64,000 nt of DNA from an uncultured Thermoanaerobaculia bacterium (lineage in GTDB: Bacteria > Acidobacteriota > Thermoanaerobaculia > Multivoradales > JAGPDF01), in assembly GCA_964591165.1 (NCBI GenBank), contig CAZPZW010000001.1:46569-110568 (forward strand). Reading direction: 5' to 3'. Under the pieces are notes generated by a model. That model saw only the letters and a program-made list of their open reading frames with translations. It did no database searches and was not told where the DNA came from. Below, piece after piece: positions 29,094 to 41,201 of this stretch; positions within the stretch are counted from its first letter, which is position 1, and each line of letters begins with the position of its first letter. The translations under genes and the position numbers were made by a program.

Positions 29094-29819
29094 ATGGGGT
29101 ACCCCGTCACCGCCGTCCTGGAACGCCGGCTGGCGGAGACCGCCCGGGTGGCCCGCCTCGGCCGCTGTCTCGCCGTGGCCCTCACCGCTCACCTCCTCTT
29201 CGCCGCGGCGGCGCTTTGGCTGCCCAGTCTCCGCCGCAACTCGAAACCCCCAGTACAGTACGTCGCCATCCAGATCGTCCCGGCCGCCAAGCTCGGCGTC
29301 GAACGACCGCGTCCGCCGCAAGCCGAGAAGGAGCCCGTCAAGGCGCCCGAGCCGACGCCGAAGGCACCGGTTCTCCCCGACCCCAAGAAGACCAAGCCGG
29401 TGGCCGCGCCCGAGCCGGCCAAGCCGCGCAACGAACCTGCCTCCGCCAAGCCCGAGCCCGCCCCGGCGCAACCCGAAGCCGAGGGTTCGCCGCTCGGCGC
29501 CGCGGCCGGGCTCGCCCTCGGGGCGGCCGTCGCCGGCCTCGAGAACCCCGATTTCACCTACGGCTACTACGTCGATCAGATGCTCGGGCTGCTCCAGCGC
29601 AACTGGGTGCGGCCTCTGATCGGCTCGGGAGTCGAGGCGACCGTGTACTATCGGATTCAGCGCGACGGACGGATCACTGATCTCGCGATCGCGAAGTCGT
29701 CGGGAATCAACTCGTTCGACCTCGCGGCGTTGCGCGCCGTACAGTCTTCGTCCCCGCTGCCGCCCCTTCCCCGGGCTTATCGCCACAGCTATCTCGGGGT
29801 GACCTTGGTCTTTCGCTAG
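29094..29819 (+). CDS. tolA: Tol-Pal system protein TolA (TonB C-terminal-domain family)
   Basis: N-terminal TM anchor, Pro/Lys/Ala-rich periplasmic spacer and a TonB/TolA C-terminal domain (YYRIQRDGRITDLAIAKSSGINSFDLAAL). The Tol-Pal context favours TolA over TonB. Confidence 0.7.
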   Translation: MGYPVTAVLERRLAETARVARLGRCLAVALTAHLLFAAAALWLPSLRRNSKPPVQYVAIQIVPAAKLGVERPRPPQAEKEPVKAPEPTPKAPVLPDPKKTKPVAAPEPAKPRNEPASAKPEPAPAQPEAEGSPLGAAAGLALGAAVAGLENPDFTYGYYVDQMLGLLQRNWVRPLIGSGVEATVYYRIQRDGRITDLAIAKSSGINSFDLAALRAVQSSSPLPPLPRAYRHSYLGVTLVFR

Positions 29820-29833
29820 AGGAAAGAGAAACC

Positions 29834-31222
29834 ATGCGAATCTGGAGATCGATCGCCGCCCTGGCCGCGAGCGCCGCCCTCGTCGCGATCGCCCTGCACG
29901 CTTCACCGCCCCAGCAGGCCCCCCCCGCCGTCCCGGCGGCGGCGCCCGCGGGCACGACACCGACGCCGCAGGCCCAGGAGATCGTCCTCTACATGCCGGA
30001 CGGGTCGGTCCGTTCGCAGATCGTGCTCGCGTTCCCTCCGCCGGGCGGCCTCGCCACCCTTCCGGCGCCGGCCCAGGCTGCCGCGCGCCAGATGGAGGAG
30101 ACGCTCCGCCGGGACCTCGAGCACGCCGGCATCTTCCGCTTCCTCGCGCCCGAGGAGCTCGCGGTGCTCTCGTTCACCGGCGACGCCACCCACGACAACG
30201 AGCAGTACCGCTCGGTCGGAGCCGAGATGCTCCTTTCCTCCGAAGTGAAGTCGGAAGGTGAGCGGATCGTTCTCGAGGGCCGCTTGATCTACCTCGCGAA
30301 CGGCGAGGCGATCGTCGGCAAGCGCTATCGCGGGACCTACGACCTGGCGCGGCGCATCGCCCACACCTTCTCGGACGAGATCGTGCTCTTCCTCACCTCC
30401 AAGCGGGGCGTGGCGCTCACTTCGATCGCCTTCTACTCGGACCGTGACGGCGAGAAGGAGATCTACCTGATGGACTACGACGGCTACGATCAGCGGAGAA
30501 TCACCGGCCACCGGTCGATCTCGATGAGCCCGGTCTGGAGCTCCACCGGGGATGCCGTCGCCTACGTGTCGTTCTTCGCCGGCAGCGGGCCGGCGATCTA
30601 TCTCGCGGACATCGCCAGCGGCCGCAAGTCGCCAGTGGTGACCAGCGGTTCGCTCAACAGCTCGCCCTCCTTCTCCCCGGACGGCCGGCGAATCGTCTTC
30701 GCGCGCGGGTTGGGCGCCAACATCGAGATCTTCACCGCCCGCCGGGACGGTACCGAGCTCAAGCGGCTGACCAACTCCCCCGGCATCGACACCAATCCGG
30801 CCTGGAGCCCGAGCGGCAACGAGATCGCCTTCACTTCCAGCCGTTCCGGGTCGCCGCAGATCTACATCGTGGACGCCGAAGGGGCCAACCTCCGACGCGT
30901 GACCTTCGAGGGGGAGTACAACGAAGGCGCCTCCTGGAGCCCCGACGGCACCCGGCTCGCCTACGCCACGCGGGTCGGTCAGAACCGCTTCGACCTCGCC
31001 ATGCTCGACCTGGTCACCCTCGCCGCTCAGCGTCTGACCGACAGCAGCGGCAGCAACGAGAGCCCGTCGTTCTCGCCGGACGGCCGGCGTCTCGCCTTCA
31101 CCTCGACCCGCTCGGGAGGCGTCCAGATCTTCACCATGGAGCCGCGCTACGGCTCGACCGCCCAGCAGCTGACCCGCGAGGGCAACAACTTCGCGCCCGA
31201 CTGGTCCGGCTACCTGCCTTGA
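29834..31222 (+). CDS. tolB: Tol-Pal system beta-propeller protein TolB
   Basis: TolB N-terminal domain plus repeated PD40 blades (SPSFSPDGRRIVF, NPAWSPSGNEIAF, SPSFSPDGRRLAF). Confidence 0.92.
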   Translation: MRIWRSIAALAASAALVAIALHASPPQQAPPAVPAAAPAGTTPTPQAQEIVLYMPDGSVRSQIVLAFPPPGGLATLPAPAQAAARQMEETLRRDLEHAGIFRFLAPEELAVLSFTGDATHDNEQYRSVGAEMLLSSEVKSEGERIVLEGRLIYLANGEAIVGKRYRGTYDLARRIAHTFSDEIVLFLTSKRGVALTSIAFYSDRDGEKEIYLMDYDGYDQRRITGHRSISMSPVWSSTGDAVAYVSFFAGSGPAIYLADIASGRKSPVVTSGSLNSSPSFSPDGRRIVFARGLGANIEIFTARRDGTELKRLTNSPGIDTNPAWSPSGNEIAFTSSRSGSPQIYIVDAEGANLRRVTFEGEYNEGASWSPDGTRLAYATRVGQNRFDLAMLDLVTLAAQRLTDSSGSNESPSFSPDGRRLAFTSTRSGGVQIFTMEPRYGSTAQQLTREGNNFAPDWSGYLP

Positions 31223-31315
31223 GCGGCGGAATCGGGTTGTTGCCCGGCACCGAGTTTGCTAGATTGCGCTGGGTGAGGTTTGACCCAGATTACTCTTGAG
31301 GATAAGGAGAGCGCG

Positions 31316-31900
31316 ATGAGTTACCCCCGCCTTCGCTTGTGGACCGTTCTGGCTCTCACCCTGGTGGTCGTCGTCGGATGCGCGAAGAAGGCCCCGCAGA
31401 CGCAGCCGGAGGTCAGCGCGAATCCCGTCGTCACTCCCGCGCCTCCCACCGACGTCAACTCGAACCCGCGTCCCGCGGTGAGCGACCAGCTCGCCAACGA
31501 CCCGTTGAAGGATCCCGACTTGGCGAAGCTCAACCGCTACGTCTGGGACAACGGGCTGCTCGGCGACGTCTACTTCGATTTCGACAAGAGCGAACTTCGC
31601 GAGGACGCTCGCGAGCGTCTGGCGCGCAACGCCGAGTGGCTGCGCTCGCACCCCGAGTTCGAGGTCACGCTCGAAGGCCATTGTGACGAGCGCGGAACCA
31701 ACGAGTACAACCTCGCGCTGGGCGAGCGCCGCGCCGCAGCGGCGCGCGACTACATCGTCTCTCTCGGCGTGCCGGCCAATCGCCTGCGCACGATCACCTA
31801 CGGCGAGGAGCGCCCGCAGTGCACCGCGAGCGACGAGAGCTGCTGGGCGAAGAACCGGCGCGCCCACTTCCTGGTGAGCGGTCGCCTGAACGTCGGCTGA
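31316..31900 (+). CDS. pal: Peptidoglycan-associated lipoprotein Pal (OmpA family)
   Basis: Lipobox (VVVVGC) and OmpA-like domain (VYFDFDKSELR...LEGHCDERGTNEYNLALGERRA). RBS AAGGAGAG. Confidence 0.9.
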   Translation: MSYPRLRLWTVLALTLVVVVGCAKKAPQTQPEVSANPVVTPAPPTDVNSNPRPAVSDQLANDPLKDPDLAKLNRYVWDNGLLGDVYFDFDKSELREDARERLARNAEWLRSHPEFEVTLEGHCDERGTNEYNLALGERRAAAARDYIVSLGVPANRLRTITYGEERPQCTASDESCWAKNRRAHFLVSGRLNVG

Positions 31901-31908
31901 GCCTTCTG

Positions 31909-32706
31909 ATGGCGTCGCGCTCGCTCGCACTATCCTGCCTCACAGCCGCCGGCCTCCTGGCCGGCGGCTGTGTCTCGAGCACCGACATCGACGCGTTGCA
32001 CAACCGGATCGCCGAGCTGCAGCGTCAGGTCGCCCAGCTGCAGCAACAGGGATCGAGCAAGCAGGAGGTCGCCAATCTCGAAGCGACCATCAAGCGGCAG
32101 ACCGATTCCCTGCTCAAGGCCGAGGCGGACATGCGGCTGGACGTCGGGAGCCTTTCCGGCCAGATCAGCGAGCTACAGGACAAGCTCGAGGACACCAACT
32201 ACCGGCTGTCGCAGCTCTCGCAGCAGATCGCTGCCACCAACCAGGACCTCAAGGCGGCGCGCAGCGTGGCGCCGCCGGCGGGAACCGATGCTGCTCCAGC
32301 CGCCCCGGCGTCCGACCCGGAGGCGCTCTACCAGACTTCCTACAGCGACTATCTGCGCGGCAACTACGATCTGGCGATGCTGGGATTCCGCCAGTACCTG
32401 GAGACGTTTCCCGAGACCGATCTCGCCGACAACGCGACCTACTGGATCGGCGAGTGCTTCTACCGCCAGCAGAAGTTCTCCGAGGCGATCGGCGAGTACG
32501 ACAAGGTGCTCAAGCAGTACGCGCGGAGCGACAAGACGGCGAGCGCGCAACTCAAGAAGGGCTTCGCCCTCCTCGAGCTCGGGCAGCGTAAGGACGGTGT
32601 GGCTCAGCTCCAGGCGGTGGTCAAGACCTACCCCTCGTCCGACGAAGCGAACCTGGCGAAGCAGCGTCTGCAGAGCCTCGGCGTTGATGCGAGCGGGCGA
32701 AAATAG
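31909..32706 (+). CDS. cpoB: Tol-Pal system protein CpoB/YbgF (coiled-coil plus TPR)
   Basis: Signal/lipobox, N-terminal coiled coil and C-terminal TPR repeats (YQTSYSDYLRGNYDLA...YWIGECFYRQQKF). Last gene of the Tol-Pal cluster. Confidence 0.85.
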   Translation: MASRSLALSCLTAAGLLAGGCVSSTDIDALHNRIAELQRQVAQLQQQGSSKQEVANLEATIKRQTDSLLKAEADMRLDVGSLSGQISELQDKLEDTNYRLSQLSQQIAATNQDLKAARSVAPPAGTDAAPAAPASDPEALYQTSYSDYLRGNYDLAMLGFRQYLETFPETDLADNATYWIGECFYRQQKFSEAIGEYDKVLKQYARSDKTASAQLKKGFALLELGQRKDGVAQLQAVVKTYPSSDEANLAKQRLQSLGVDASGRK

Positions 32707-32759
32707 TAGACTAATTTTTTCGCCTGCCAGGGCGGCTCCCGAAGAAAGGATCGTTGCAC

Positions 32760-33023
32760 ATGGCGAATACCAAGTCGGCCAAGAAGCGCGCCGCGAAATC
32801 GCAACTCCAGCGCGCCAAGAACCGCACCGCACGTTCGGCGATGCGCACCGCCGTCAAGAAGCTGCGCAAGGCCGCCGAAGCGGGCGACGGCGCAGCCGTC
32901 AGCGCGCTGCTTCCCGCGGCCATAAAAGTGGTGGATTCGACGGCCCAGAAGGGCATCATCCACAAGAACACGGCCGCCCGGACGAAGTCTCGCCTCGCGG
33001 CGGCAGCGCGCAAGGCTCAGTAG
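32760..33023 (+). CDS. rpsT: 30S ribosomal protein S20
   Basis: MANTKSAKKRAAKSQLQRAKN... is a canonical S20 start. RBS GAAAGGA 12 nt upstream. The ORF-track start at 32754 is a TTG two codons earlier. Confidence 0.9.
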   Translation: MANTKSAKKRAAKSQLQRAKNRTARSAMRTAVKKLRKAAEAGDGAAVSALLPAAIKVVDSTAQKGIIHKNTAARTKSRLAAAARKAQ

Positions 33024-33027
33024 GAGC

Positions 33028-33545
33028 TCAGAATCCCTCCAACAGGTCGGTGACCAGCGTCTCGGCAAAGTCCCGCGCCGTGGACTCGATCGCCGGCGTC
33101 TCGCGGTCCTGATAGCCCAGCTCCGAAGGCTGCACCTCGTAGCTCGACCGGAAGAGATATCCCTCGTTGGCGTAGAGCACGCGCTCGGGCGAGAGCTGCT
33201 TGAGCTCCACCTTGACGACGATGGAGATCTCGTACTCCGTCGCCCGGCCTTCGCTGTCGAAGCTCACCGGGTTGAGCGCGAAGGTCAGCACCGAACCCGA
33301 CAGCCGGGCGTCGGCCCCGGCCTCGGCGCTCAACACCTCGAAACGGTGACGCGTGACCAGCTCGCTGGCGAGGGCACGAGTCAGAATCTGGTCGACCTGC
33401 GATCGTTGCGTGGTGTTCACGAGCGGGCTCAGATACACCTTCTGGACCTCGGGAGGAAGAGTCGAGCCGCGGCCCACCAGCGCGTAGCCGCAGCCCAGGA
33501 GTCCGAGGAGCGCCAAGGCTCCCGTGGCCATACTCAGCGCTCGCA

Positions 33546-33549
<4 letters not shown>
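33028..33549 (-). CDS. lptE: LPS-assembly lipoprotein LptE
   Basis: Signal peptide with lipobox (LLGLLGC) and an LptE-like domain. Sits in the conserved leuS-lptE position with an ATGA overlap to the leuS stop. It is encoded in the 3' part of a long shadow ORF. Confidence 0.7.
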
Positions 33550-36022
<2,473 letters not shown>

Positions 36023-36026
<4 letters not shown>

Positions 36027-36829
36027 CGCTCGCTTCCACCCACCCCACGGCCTGCGCCGGGCGCGGTCCACGCCCGACGATCCTCCAGATTCGACCGCAC
36101 TCGGACCCGGAACAGTGGGGTCGTGGCGAGGACCTCCCGATCCTCGAGCCGATCGACGTGACTGAGCAACAGGGCGTGCCCGGGTTCGCCCCCCTCCACG
36201 GTGTCCGCAGCGAGACGCAAGTAGGTCGCCGGCACGAAGTGGTGGCTGGCGAGCGGGTCCGCGAAGACCCAGCCACGGTCTTCGTAGAGCACTTCGATCC
36301 AGCGGTGGTAGCCCGATCGCGCCCCGCCCGGCTGGTCCTCCACGATGTATCCCGCCACCTCGCGCGCCGGGATCCCCACCGAGGCCAGCAGCCCCACGGC
36401 GAGTCGGGCGATCCCGGTGCAGTAGCCGCTGCGGCGAGCGAGGACGGTAGCCGCGTCCTGCGGCGCACCGCGATCGAGGTCGTAGCGCACGTTCGCGGCG
36501 ACCCAGCCGAGGAGGCGGCTGACCGCCTCGTAGCGAGTCTTCGCGCCCGCGGTCACCGACCGGGCGAGGAATGCGACGCTGCCGGTACGCGCCCGAGCCG
36601 GTGTGGTGAATCCCTGCCGGCTTCCGAGTCCGTCCAGCCGCACCTCCACGTGCGCCACCCCGTCCTCGACCTTCAGCCGGTAGCCCTCGTTGGCATAGTC
36701 GACCACCCGCACTCCGGCCGGAACCAGCAAGGTGGCCACGTCCGTTCCAGAGGTGAGCGTCGTCGCCGCCGAAGCGGCGCTTCCCCCCCAGATCAACGCC
36801 GCGAGGGCCAGTCGGCCCGCACGCCTCAT
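36023..36829 (-). CDS. Secreted transglutaminase-like cysteine protease-fold protein
   Basis: Signal peptide (LALAALIWGGSAASA) and a transglutaminase-like core with catalytic Cys (GYCTGIARL) and downstream His/Asp. Coupled to nusB upstream and leuS downstream by ATGA overlaps. Confidence 0.6.
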
Positions 36830-37305
36830 TCGCGGCTCCCGGGCAGAGGATGGCTGCGCATCAAACCGTCCAGTAGACCGTTGACGAAGCGCCCCGACTG
36901 CTCCGAGCCGAACCGCTTGGCGAGCTCGACCGCTTCGTCGACCACCACGAGCTTCGGGACGTCGGCCTCGTAGAGCATCTCGTAGACCGAAAGGCGCAGG
37001 ATGTTGCGATCGACCGAGGGCATGCGCTCCAATCGCCAGTGCTCCGCTTGGGTGCGGATCAGCGCGTCGATCTCCGACAAGTGCGCGTGAACTCCTTCGG
37101 CTAGCCGGCGCGAGTAGGCGAAGGCGTCGTGCAACTCCTCGGCCGCGGGGCACGGCATGGACGCTTCGGGGTCCTCCGAGGAGAGCTGCCGCAGATACTC
37201 CTCGGGATCGAAGGCCCCGATCACCTCGGGCAGTGGACTGTCTCCCAGATCCCCCTGGAAGAGCATCTGCATCGCCATCTCCCGAGCCATGCGCCGCTTG
37301 CCCAC
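36826..37305 (-). CDS. nusB: Transcription antitermination factor NusB
   Basis: RRMAREMAMQMLFQ is a NusB-family N-terminus. 159 aa. Confidence 0.85.
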   Translation of the reverse strand: MGKRRMAREMAMQMLFQGDLGDSPLPEVIGAFDPEEYLRQLSSEDPEASMPCPAAEELHDAFAYSRRLAEGVHAHLSEIDALIRTQAEHWRLERMPSVDRNILRLSVYEMLYEADVPKLVVVDEAVELAKRFGSEQSGRFVNGLLDGLMRSHPLPGSRE

Positions 37306-37343
37306 CGGACCATCCTTGCGTCAAAGAGCCCTTCGCCCGAACT

Positions 37344-37820
37344 TCACCTGCCGAGCCGGGCGGTCAATTCGGCCATTTCGAGCGCCGCCAACGCTGCCTC
37401 TTCTCCCTTGTTACCGTGGACCCCACCGGCACGTTCCAGCGCCTGTTCCATCGTCTCACAGGTCAGCACTCCGAACGTCACCGGAAGTCCGGTCGAACGG
37501 GCGACCTCGGCGACTCCCCGCGAGCACTCGGCGGAGATGACCTCGAAGTGGGCGGTCTCTCCACGGACCACCGCGCCCAGCGCCACTAGCGCATCGAAGC
37601 GCCCCGACCGGGCGAGCGCGGCGAGCCCCTGCGGAATCTCCCAGGCGCCGGGGACGCGCTCGATCCGGATGTCTTCCGGGGCGACCCCGTGCGCCTCCAG
37701 CGCACGGCGTGCACCGGCGACCAGGCGATCGACCACCGCTTCGTTGAAGCGCGCCGCGACGATCCCGATGCGCCGTCCTCGACCCGCCCAATCACCCTGT
37801 GGTGGAACCTCCCTGCTCAC
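37344..37820 (-). CDS. ribH: 6,7-dimethyl-8-ribityllumazine synthase
   Basis: RIGIVAARFNE...GAVVRGETAHFEVIS lumazine synthase motifs. GTG start at 37820 with an AAGGAG RBS 6 nt upstream. The ORF-track 530-aa entry is a shadow extension. Confidence 0.85.
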   Translation of the reverse strand: MSREVPPQGDWAGRGRRIGIVAARFNEAVVDRLVAGARRALEAHGVAPEDIRIERVPGAWEIPQGLAALARSGRFDALVALGAVVRGETAHFEVISAECSRGVAEVARSTGLPVTFGVLTCETMEQALERAGGVHGNKGEEAALAALEMAELTARLGR

Positions 37821-37867
37821 TCGTAACTCCTTTTGAATGCTGAGCCTAGATGTGCCGGCAAGGACTG

Positions 37868-38566
37868 TCAACGCGCTCCGCCGGCGGCCGCGAGCGAGCG
37901 CAGCTCGAGTCCCCATTGCGGAGCGAGCCACGCCTTGAGCAGGAGATCGATCAGCAGGCCGAGGGCCGCGAGAGCGAGCAGGCGCCGGCCGGCCGGCGTC
38001 GCCGCGGTCGCCCACGGCCGCACACTGAGCACGACGCCGAGGGCGATGAAAGCGAGCACCCGCGCGACCGACCAGGGAAACCAGGCCTGCACGACGCCGA
38101 GCCAGGGATGCCCGCTCGCAGCGGCGAACGAGGCGACGAAGAAGTTCATGTAGGCGAGCAACAGCGCACCGAGCACCAGTCCGAGGTATCCGCGGCTGAC
38201 CAGGACCAGCGCGACGAAGGCCCCGAGATGTAGAGCGTGCTGGGGCACGAAGCTCCGCCATTCTCCCTCGCGCCCGATGCCGGTCTCGATCCAGGAGAAC
38301 ATCTCGTCCCGATAGGCGGCAGCGTGGACGATGTGGGCGCCGGCCGCCTCGGGTGCCGCCCGCGAAACGACGACGACCCCGGCGCTGAGCAACACCGCCC
38401 AAGCGACGCCGCGCGTCATGGCCGACGCCAGGTCGCCCGCCTCGATCCGGCGGATGAAGCCGCGGTAGACGAACAGGGGCGCAGCCAGAGCGAGAACCCA
38501 GCCGCCGCCGGGCAGCAGCGCGGCGAGCGCGATCAGCGGCGTCGCGAGGAGCCACGCGGTCTCGAC
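37868..38566 (-). CDS. Hypothetical polytopic membrane protein
   Basis: Five to six hydrophobic helices with no recognised motif. The 5' limit is uncertain; no canonical start occurs before the first TM in frame. Confidence 0.35.
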   Translation of the reverse strand, partial: VETAWLLATPLIALAALLPGGGWVLALAAPLFVYRGFIRRIEAGDLASAMTRGVAWAVLLSAGVVVVSRAAPEAAGAHIVHAAAYRDEMFSWIETGIGREGEWRSFVPQHALHLGAFVALVLVSRGYLGLVLGALLLAYMNFFVASFAAASGHPWLGVVQAWFPWSVARVLAFIALGVVLSVRPWATAATPAGRRLLALAALGLLIDLLLKAWLAPQWGLELRSLAAAGGAR

Positions 38567-38583
38567 GGCGCCAGGACCTAGCG

Positions 38584-39294
38584 TCAGAGGTTGCCTCCAG
38601 GAGGCTGCAGCCGGATCTCGTCGACCGCTGCATCGGCACTCGCCTCGAGCGCCCAACCGACCGCCTCCGCGATCCGCCGCGCGGGCAGCATCGCCGACCG
38701 ATTCCAGGTTCCCGGCACTCCGTTCCAGAGTGGACTGTCGGTCGCCCCGGGGATGATCGCCGTGAGGCGGATGGCGGTGCCGGCGAGCTCCTCGCGGAGC
38801 GCCTCGACCGCGCCGCGCAGCCCCCACTTCGACGCGCAGTAAGCGCTCCAACCGTCGAAACCGCGCAGCGCAGCGACCGAGAGCAGCACGAAGAGGTGCC
38901 CGCTCCCGCCGGCCCGGAGGCGAGGCAAACAGGCACGAAAGAGATGGAGCGCGCCGAAGAGGTTGGTCTCGAGGCTCTCGCGGAGGTCCGACTCCGGGAG
39001 GATCTCGAGCCGGCCGACCCGTGCCACGCCGGCTGCAGGGACTACGATCTCGGGCGCCATGCCGCTCGCCGCGGCCCGCGCCAGCGCAGTGTCCACCGCG
39101 GTGGCCGAGCGCACGTCGCAGGCCAATGCCATCCCCTGGCCACCTGCCGCCGCGAGCGTCGCCGCGAGCGTCGCAGAGGTCCTTCCCAAGAGCAGGAGCG
39201 GGTGGCCGCGACGCGCCAGCTCGAGCGCGATCTCGCGTCCAATGCCCGAGCCCGCGCCGCTCACGACCGCTGGCCGCTGATCGCGCGGGCTCAT
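38584..39294 (-). CDS. Short-chain dehydrogenase/reductase (SDR) family oxidoreductase
   Basis: TGAGSGIGREIA Rossmann motif and YCASK catalytic motif. Start at the Met after the tRNA; the longer ORF-track version overlaps tRNA-Pro and was rejected. Confidence 0.7.
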   Translation of the reverse strand: MSPRDQRPAVVSGAGSGIGREIALELARRGHPLLLLGRTSATLAATLAAAGGQGMALACDVRSATAVDTALARAAASGMAPEIVVPAAGVARVGRLEILPESDLRESLETNLFGALHLFRACLPRLRAGGSGHLFVLLSVAALRGFDGWSAYCASKWGLRGAVEALREELAGTAIRLTAIIPGATDSPLWNGVPGTWNRSAMLPARRIAEAVGWALEASADAAVDEIRLQPPGGNL

Positions 39295-39315
39295 TCTGGG
39301 TGGACTGGGAGGAAG

Positions 39316-39392
39316 TGGTCGGGACGCCGGGATTTGAACCCGGGACCCCCTGAACCCCATTCAGGTACGCTACCAGGCTGCGCCACGTCCCG
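39316..39392 (-). tRNA. tRNA-Pro (anticodon GGG)
   Basis: Manual fold: acceptor CGGGACG/CGTCCCG, D-arm GCGC..GCGT, anticodon stem CCTGA/TCAGG with loop AUGGGGU (G37), T-arm CCGGG-TTCAAAT-CCCGG, discriminator A, encoded CCA. Confidence 0.85.
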
Positions 39393-39409
39393 ACCGAGGG
39401 AGTAAAGAG

Positions 39410-39832
39410 TCAACCGGGGTACTTGTCGAGCATCGCGATCGCGGCCTTGGCTTCGGCGAGCACCGCTTCGAGGTCTCGACGCAGAGTTTCTATCCGCTCC
39501 GGCTGAGGAGTGTCAAGCGGCGGTGGTTCGGATTCCGCCGGAGCCGGAGGCTCCGCGAGCCGCGGATTGGCGAGGAGCGGGCCCTCTCCGTCGGGCGCCG
39601 GCTCCGATTCCAGCTTCTTGCGCGCCCCGGCGATGGTGTATCCCTCCTCGTAGAGGAGTTGCTTGATCCGCCGGATCAGCGCCACCTCGGCCGCACGGTA
39701 GACGCGCGGCCCGGTCGATCCCGCCGGGGATTGCAGGGCGCGGAACTCGGTCTCCCAGTACCGCAAGACATACGGCTGGAGGTCGAGCAGCTTGCAGACT
39801 TCGCCGATCTTGTGCCCTTTCTTGGCGCTCAT
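39410..39832 (-). CDS. MerR-family transcriptional regulator
   Basis: N-terminal MerR HTH (KIGEVCKLLDLQPYVLRYWETEF) followed by a Pro/Glu-rich linker and a helical C-terminus. Confidence 0.75.
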   Translation of the reverse strand: MSAKKGHKIGEVCKLLDLQPYVLRYWETEFRALQSPAGSTGPRVYRAAEVALIRRIKQLLYEEGYTIAGARKKLESEPAPDGEGPLLANPRLAEPPAPAESEPPPLDTPQPERIETLRRDLEAVLAEAKAAIAMLDKYPG

Positions 39833-39879
39833 CGCTGGCCGCCGATCCTACGGCACGCGACCGGGCAAGTCGAGAACCG

Positions 39880-41199
39880 CTAGGCGCGCGGCAGTCGCGA
39901 GCGGACGACCAAGCGGATCGGAACGCCCGCCAGACCGAGGAGGGAACGCAGGCGGTTCTCGAGATACCGCCGGTACGAGTGCCGGATGGGGAGCGTCCGG
40001 TTGGCGAACAGCATGAAGGTCGGCGGACCGGTCGAGACCTGGGCCGCGTAGTAGAACTTCCAGGGCCGATGATCCGCGAAGGCCGGCGCCTGGTGCGCCT
40101 GGATAGCCCCCTCGATCAAACGGTTGAGCTCGCCCGTCGTGACCTGAAGACGAAACGCGGCAAGCGCGCGGTCGAGCACGCCGAAGATCTTGTCGACGCC
40201 GCGACCGCTCACCGCCGAGATGTTGACCCGTGGGGGGTCGGCGAGGACCTCTGCGAGGCGGGGCCAGGTGGTGTCCAGACGCTCGCGCGACGGCTCGTCG
40301 AGGAGGTCCCACTTGTTGATCGCCACGACCGCCGCCCGGCCGCTCTCCCAGATCGCCCCGGCGATCGCCAGGTCGCCCGCGGTCACTCCCTGCGGCGCTT
40401 CGATCACCAGCAGGGCGACGTCGGAGCGTTCGACCTGACGCCGAGCCATCAGCACCGCGAGGTCTTCGGGAGTGCCCGAGACCTTGGCGCGCCGCCGGAT
40501 CCCGGCGGTGTCGACCAGCAGGTAGCTCTTCCCGCCACGTCGCAGCAAGGTGTCGATCGGGTCGCGAGTGGTCCCCGCCTGCGGCGAGACCAACACCCGG
40601 TCCTCCCCCACGATGCGGTTGAGCAGCGACGACTTGCCCACGTTCGGCCGGCCGACGATGGCGATCGCCGGCGCTTCGCGCGGCGCCTCTTCGGTGAGCG
40701 CCGCCGGCGGCAGAACGGCTCTCAGGCGCTCGCGCAGCTCACCGAGCCCGAGCCCGTGCTCCGCCGAGACCACCAGCGGCGGCGGAAAGCCCAGGCGGTA
40801 GAACTCGCCGACCGCGTCGGCCCCAATACGGCTCTCGCCCTTGTTGACCACCACCAGCACCGGCTTGCCGAGCGGGCGGAGCTCCTCGGCGGCGCGCTGG
40901 TCGCCCGGCATCAGCCCCTCGCGGCCGTCGACCACGAGCAGCACGGCGTCGCTCTGCTCGACCGCGAGGCGCACCTGGGCGTTGAGTCCGAGCCGGTCGT
41001 CCTCGAACATCAGGCCTCCGGTGTCGACCCAATGCACGGGGCGGCCCGACTCGAGGTCGGCGGTGCCGACCAGCCGGTCCCGAGTCACGCCGGGCTGATC
41101 GTGCACGATCGCCTGACGCCGCCCCACCAGACGGTTGAAGAGCGTCGACTTGCCCACGTTGGGCCGGCCGACGATGGCGACCGTCGGGGTACCGGCCAT
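39880..41199 (-). CDS. der: Ribosome-associated GTPase Der (EngA)
   Basis: Two tandem GTPase domains (GRPNVGKSTLFN and GRPNVGKSSLLN; DTGG, DTAG; NKGE/NKWD) and a KH-like C-terminus. Start at MAGTPTV (41199). Confidence 0.9.
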   Translation of the reverse strand: MAGTPTVAIVGRPNVGKSTLFNRLVGRRQAIVHDQPGVTRDRLVGTADLESGRPVHWVDTGGLMFEDDRLGLNAQVRLAVEQSDAVLLVVDGREGLMPGDQRAAEELRPLGKPVLVVVNKGESRIGADAVGEFYRLGFPPPLVVSAEHGLGLGELRERLRAVLPPAALTEEAPREAPAIAIVGRPNVGKSSLLNRIVGEDRVLVSPQAGTTRDPIDTLLRRGGKSYLLVDTAGIRRRAKVSGTPEDLAVLMARRQVERSDVALLVIEAPQGVTAGDLAIAGAIWESGRAAVVAINKWDLLDEPSRERLDTTWPRLAEVLADPPRVNISAVSGRGVDKIFGVLDRALAAFRLQVTTGELNRLIEGAIQAHQAPAFADHRPWKFYYAAQVSTGPPTFMLFANRTLPIRHSYRRYLENRLRSLLGLAGVPIRLVVRSRLPRA

Positions 41200-41201
41200 G
41201 C

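Noticed and set aside
32707-32759. Candidate intrinsic terminator between cpoB and rpsT (T-run at 32715-32720)
   Set aside because: The T-run precedes, rather than follows, the only weak stem (CGCC...GGCG), so there is no canonical hairpin-plus-U-tract.
37821-37867. Possible FMN riboswitch upstream of ribH
   Set aside because: The spacer is 47 nt, far too short, and lacks FMN-element conserved stems. ribH is here part of a larger operon.
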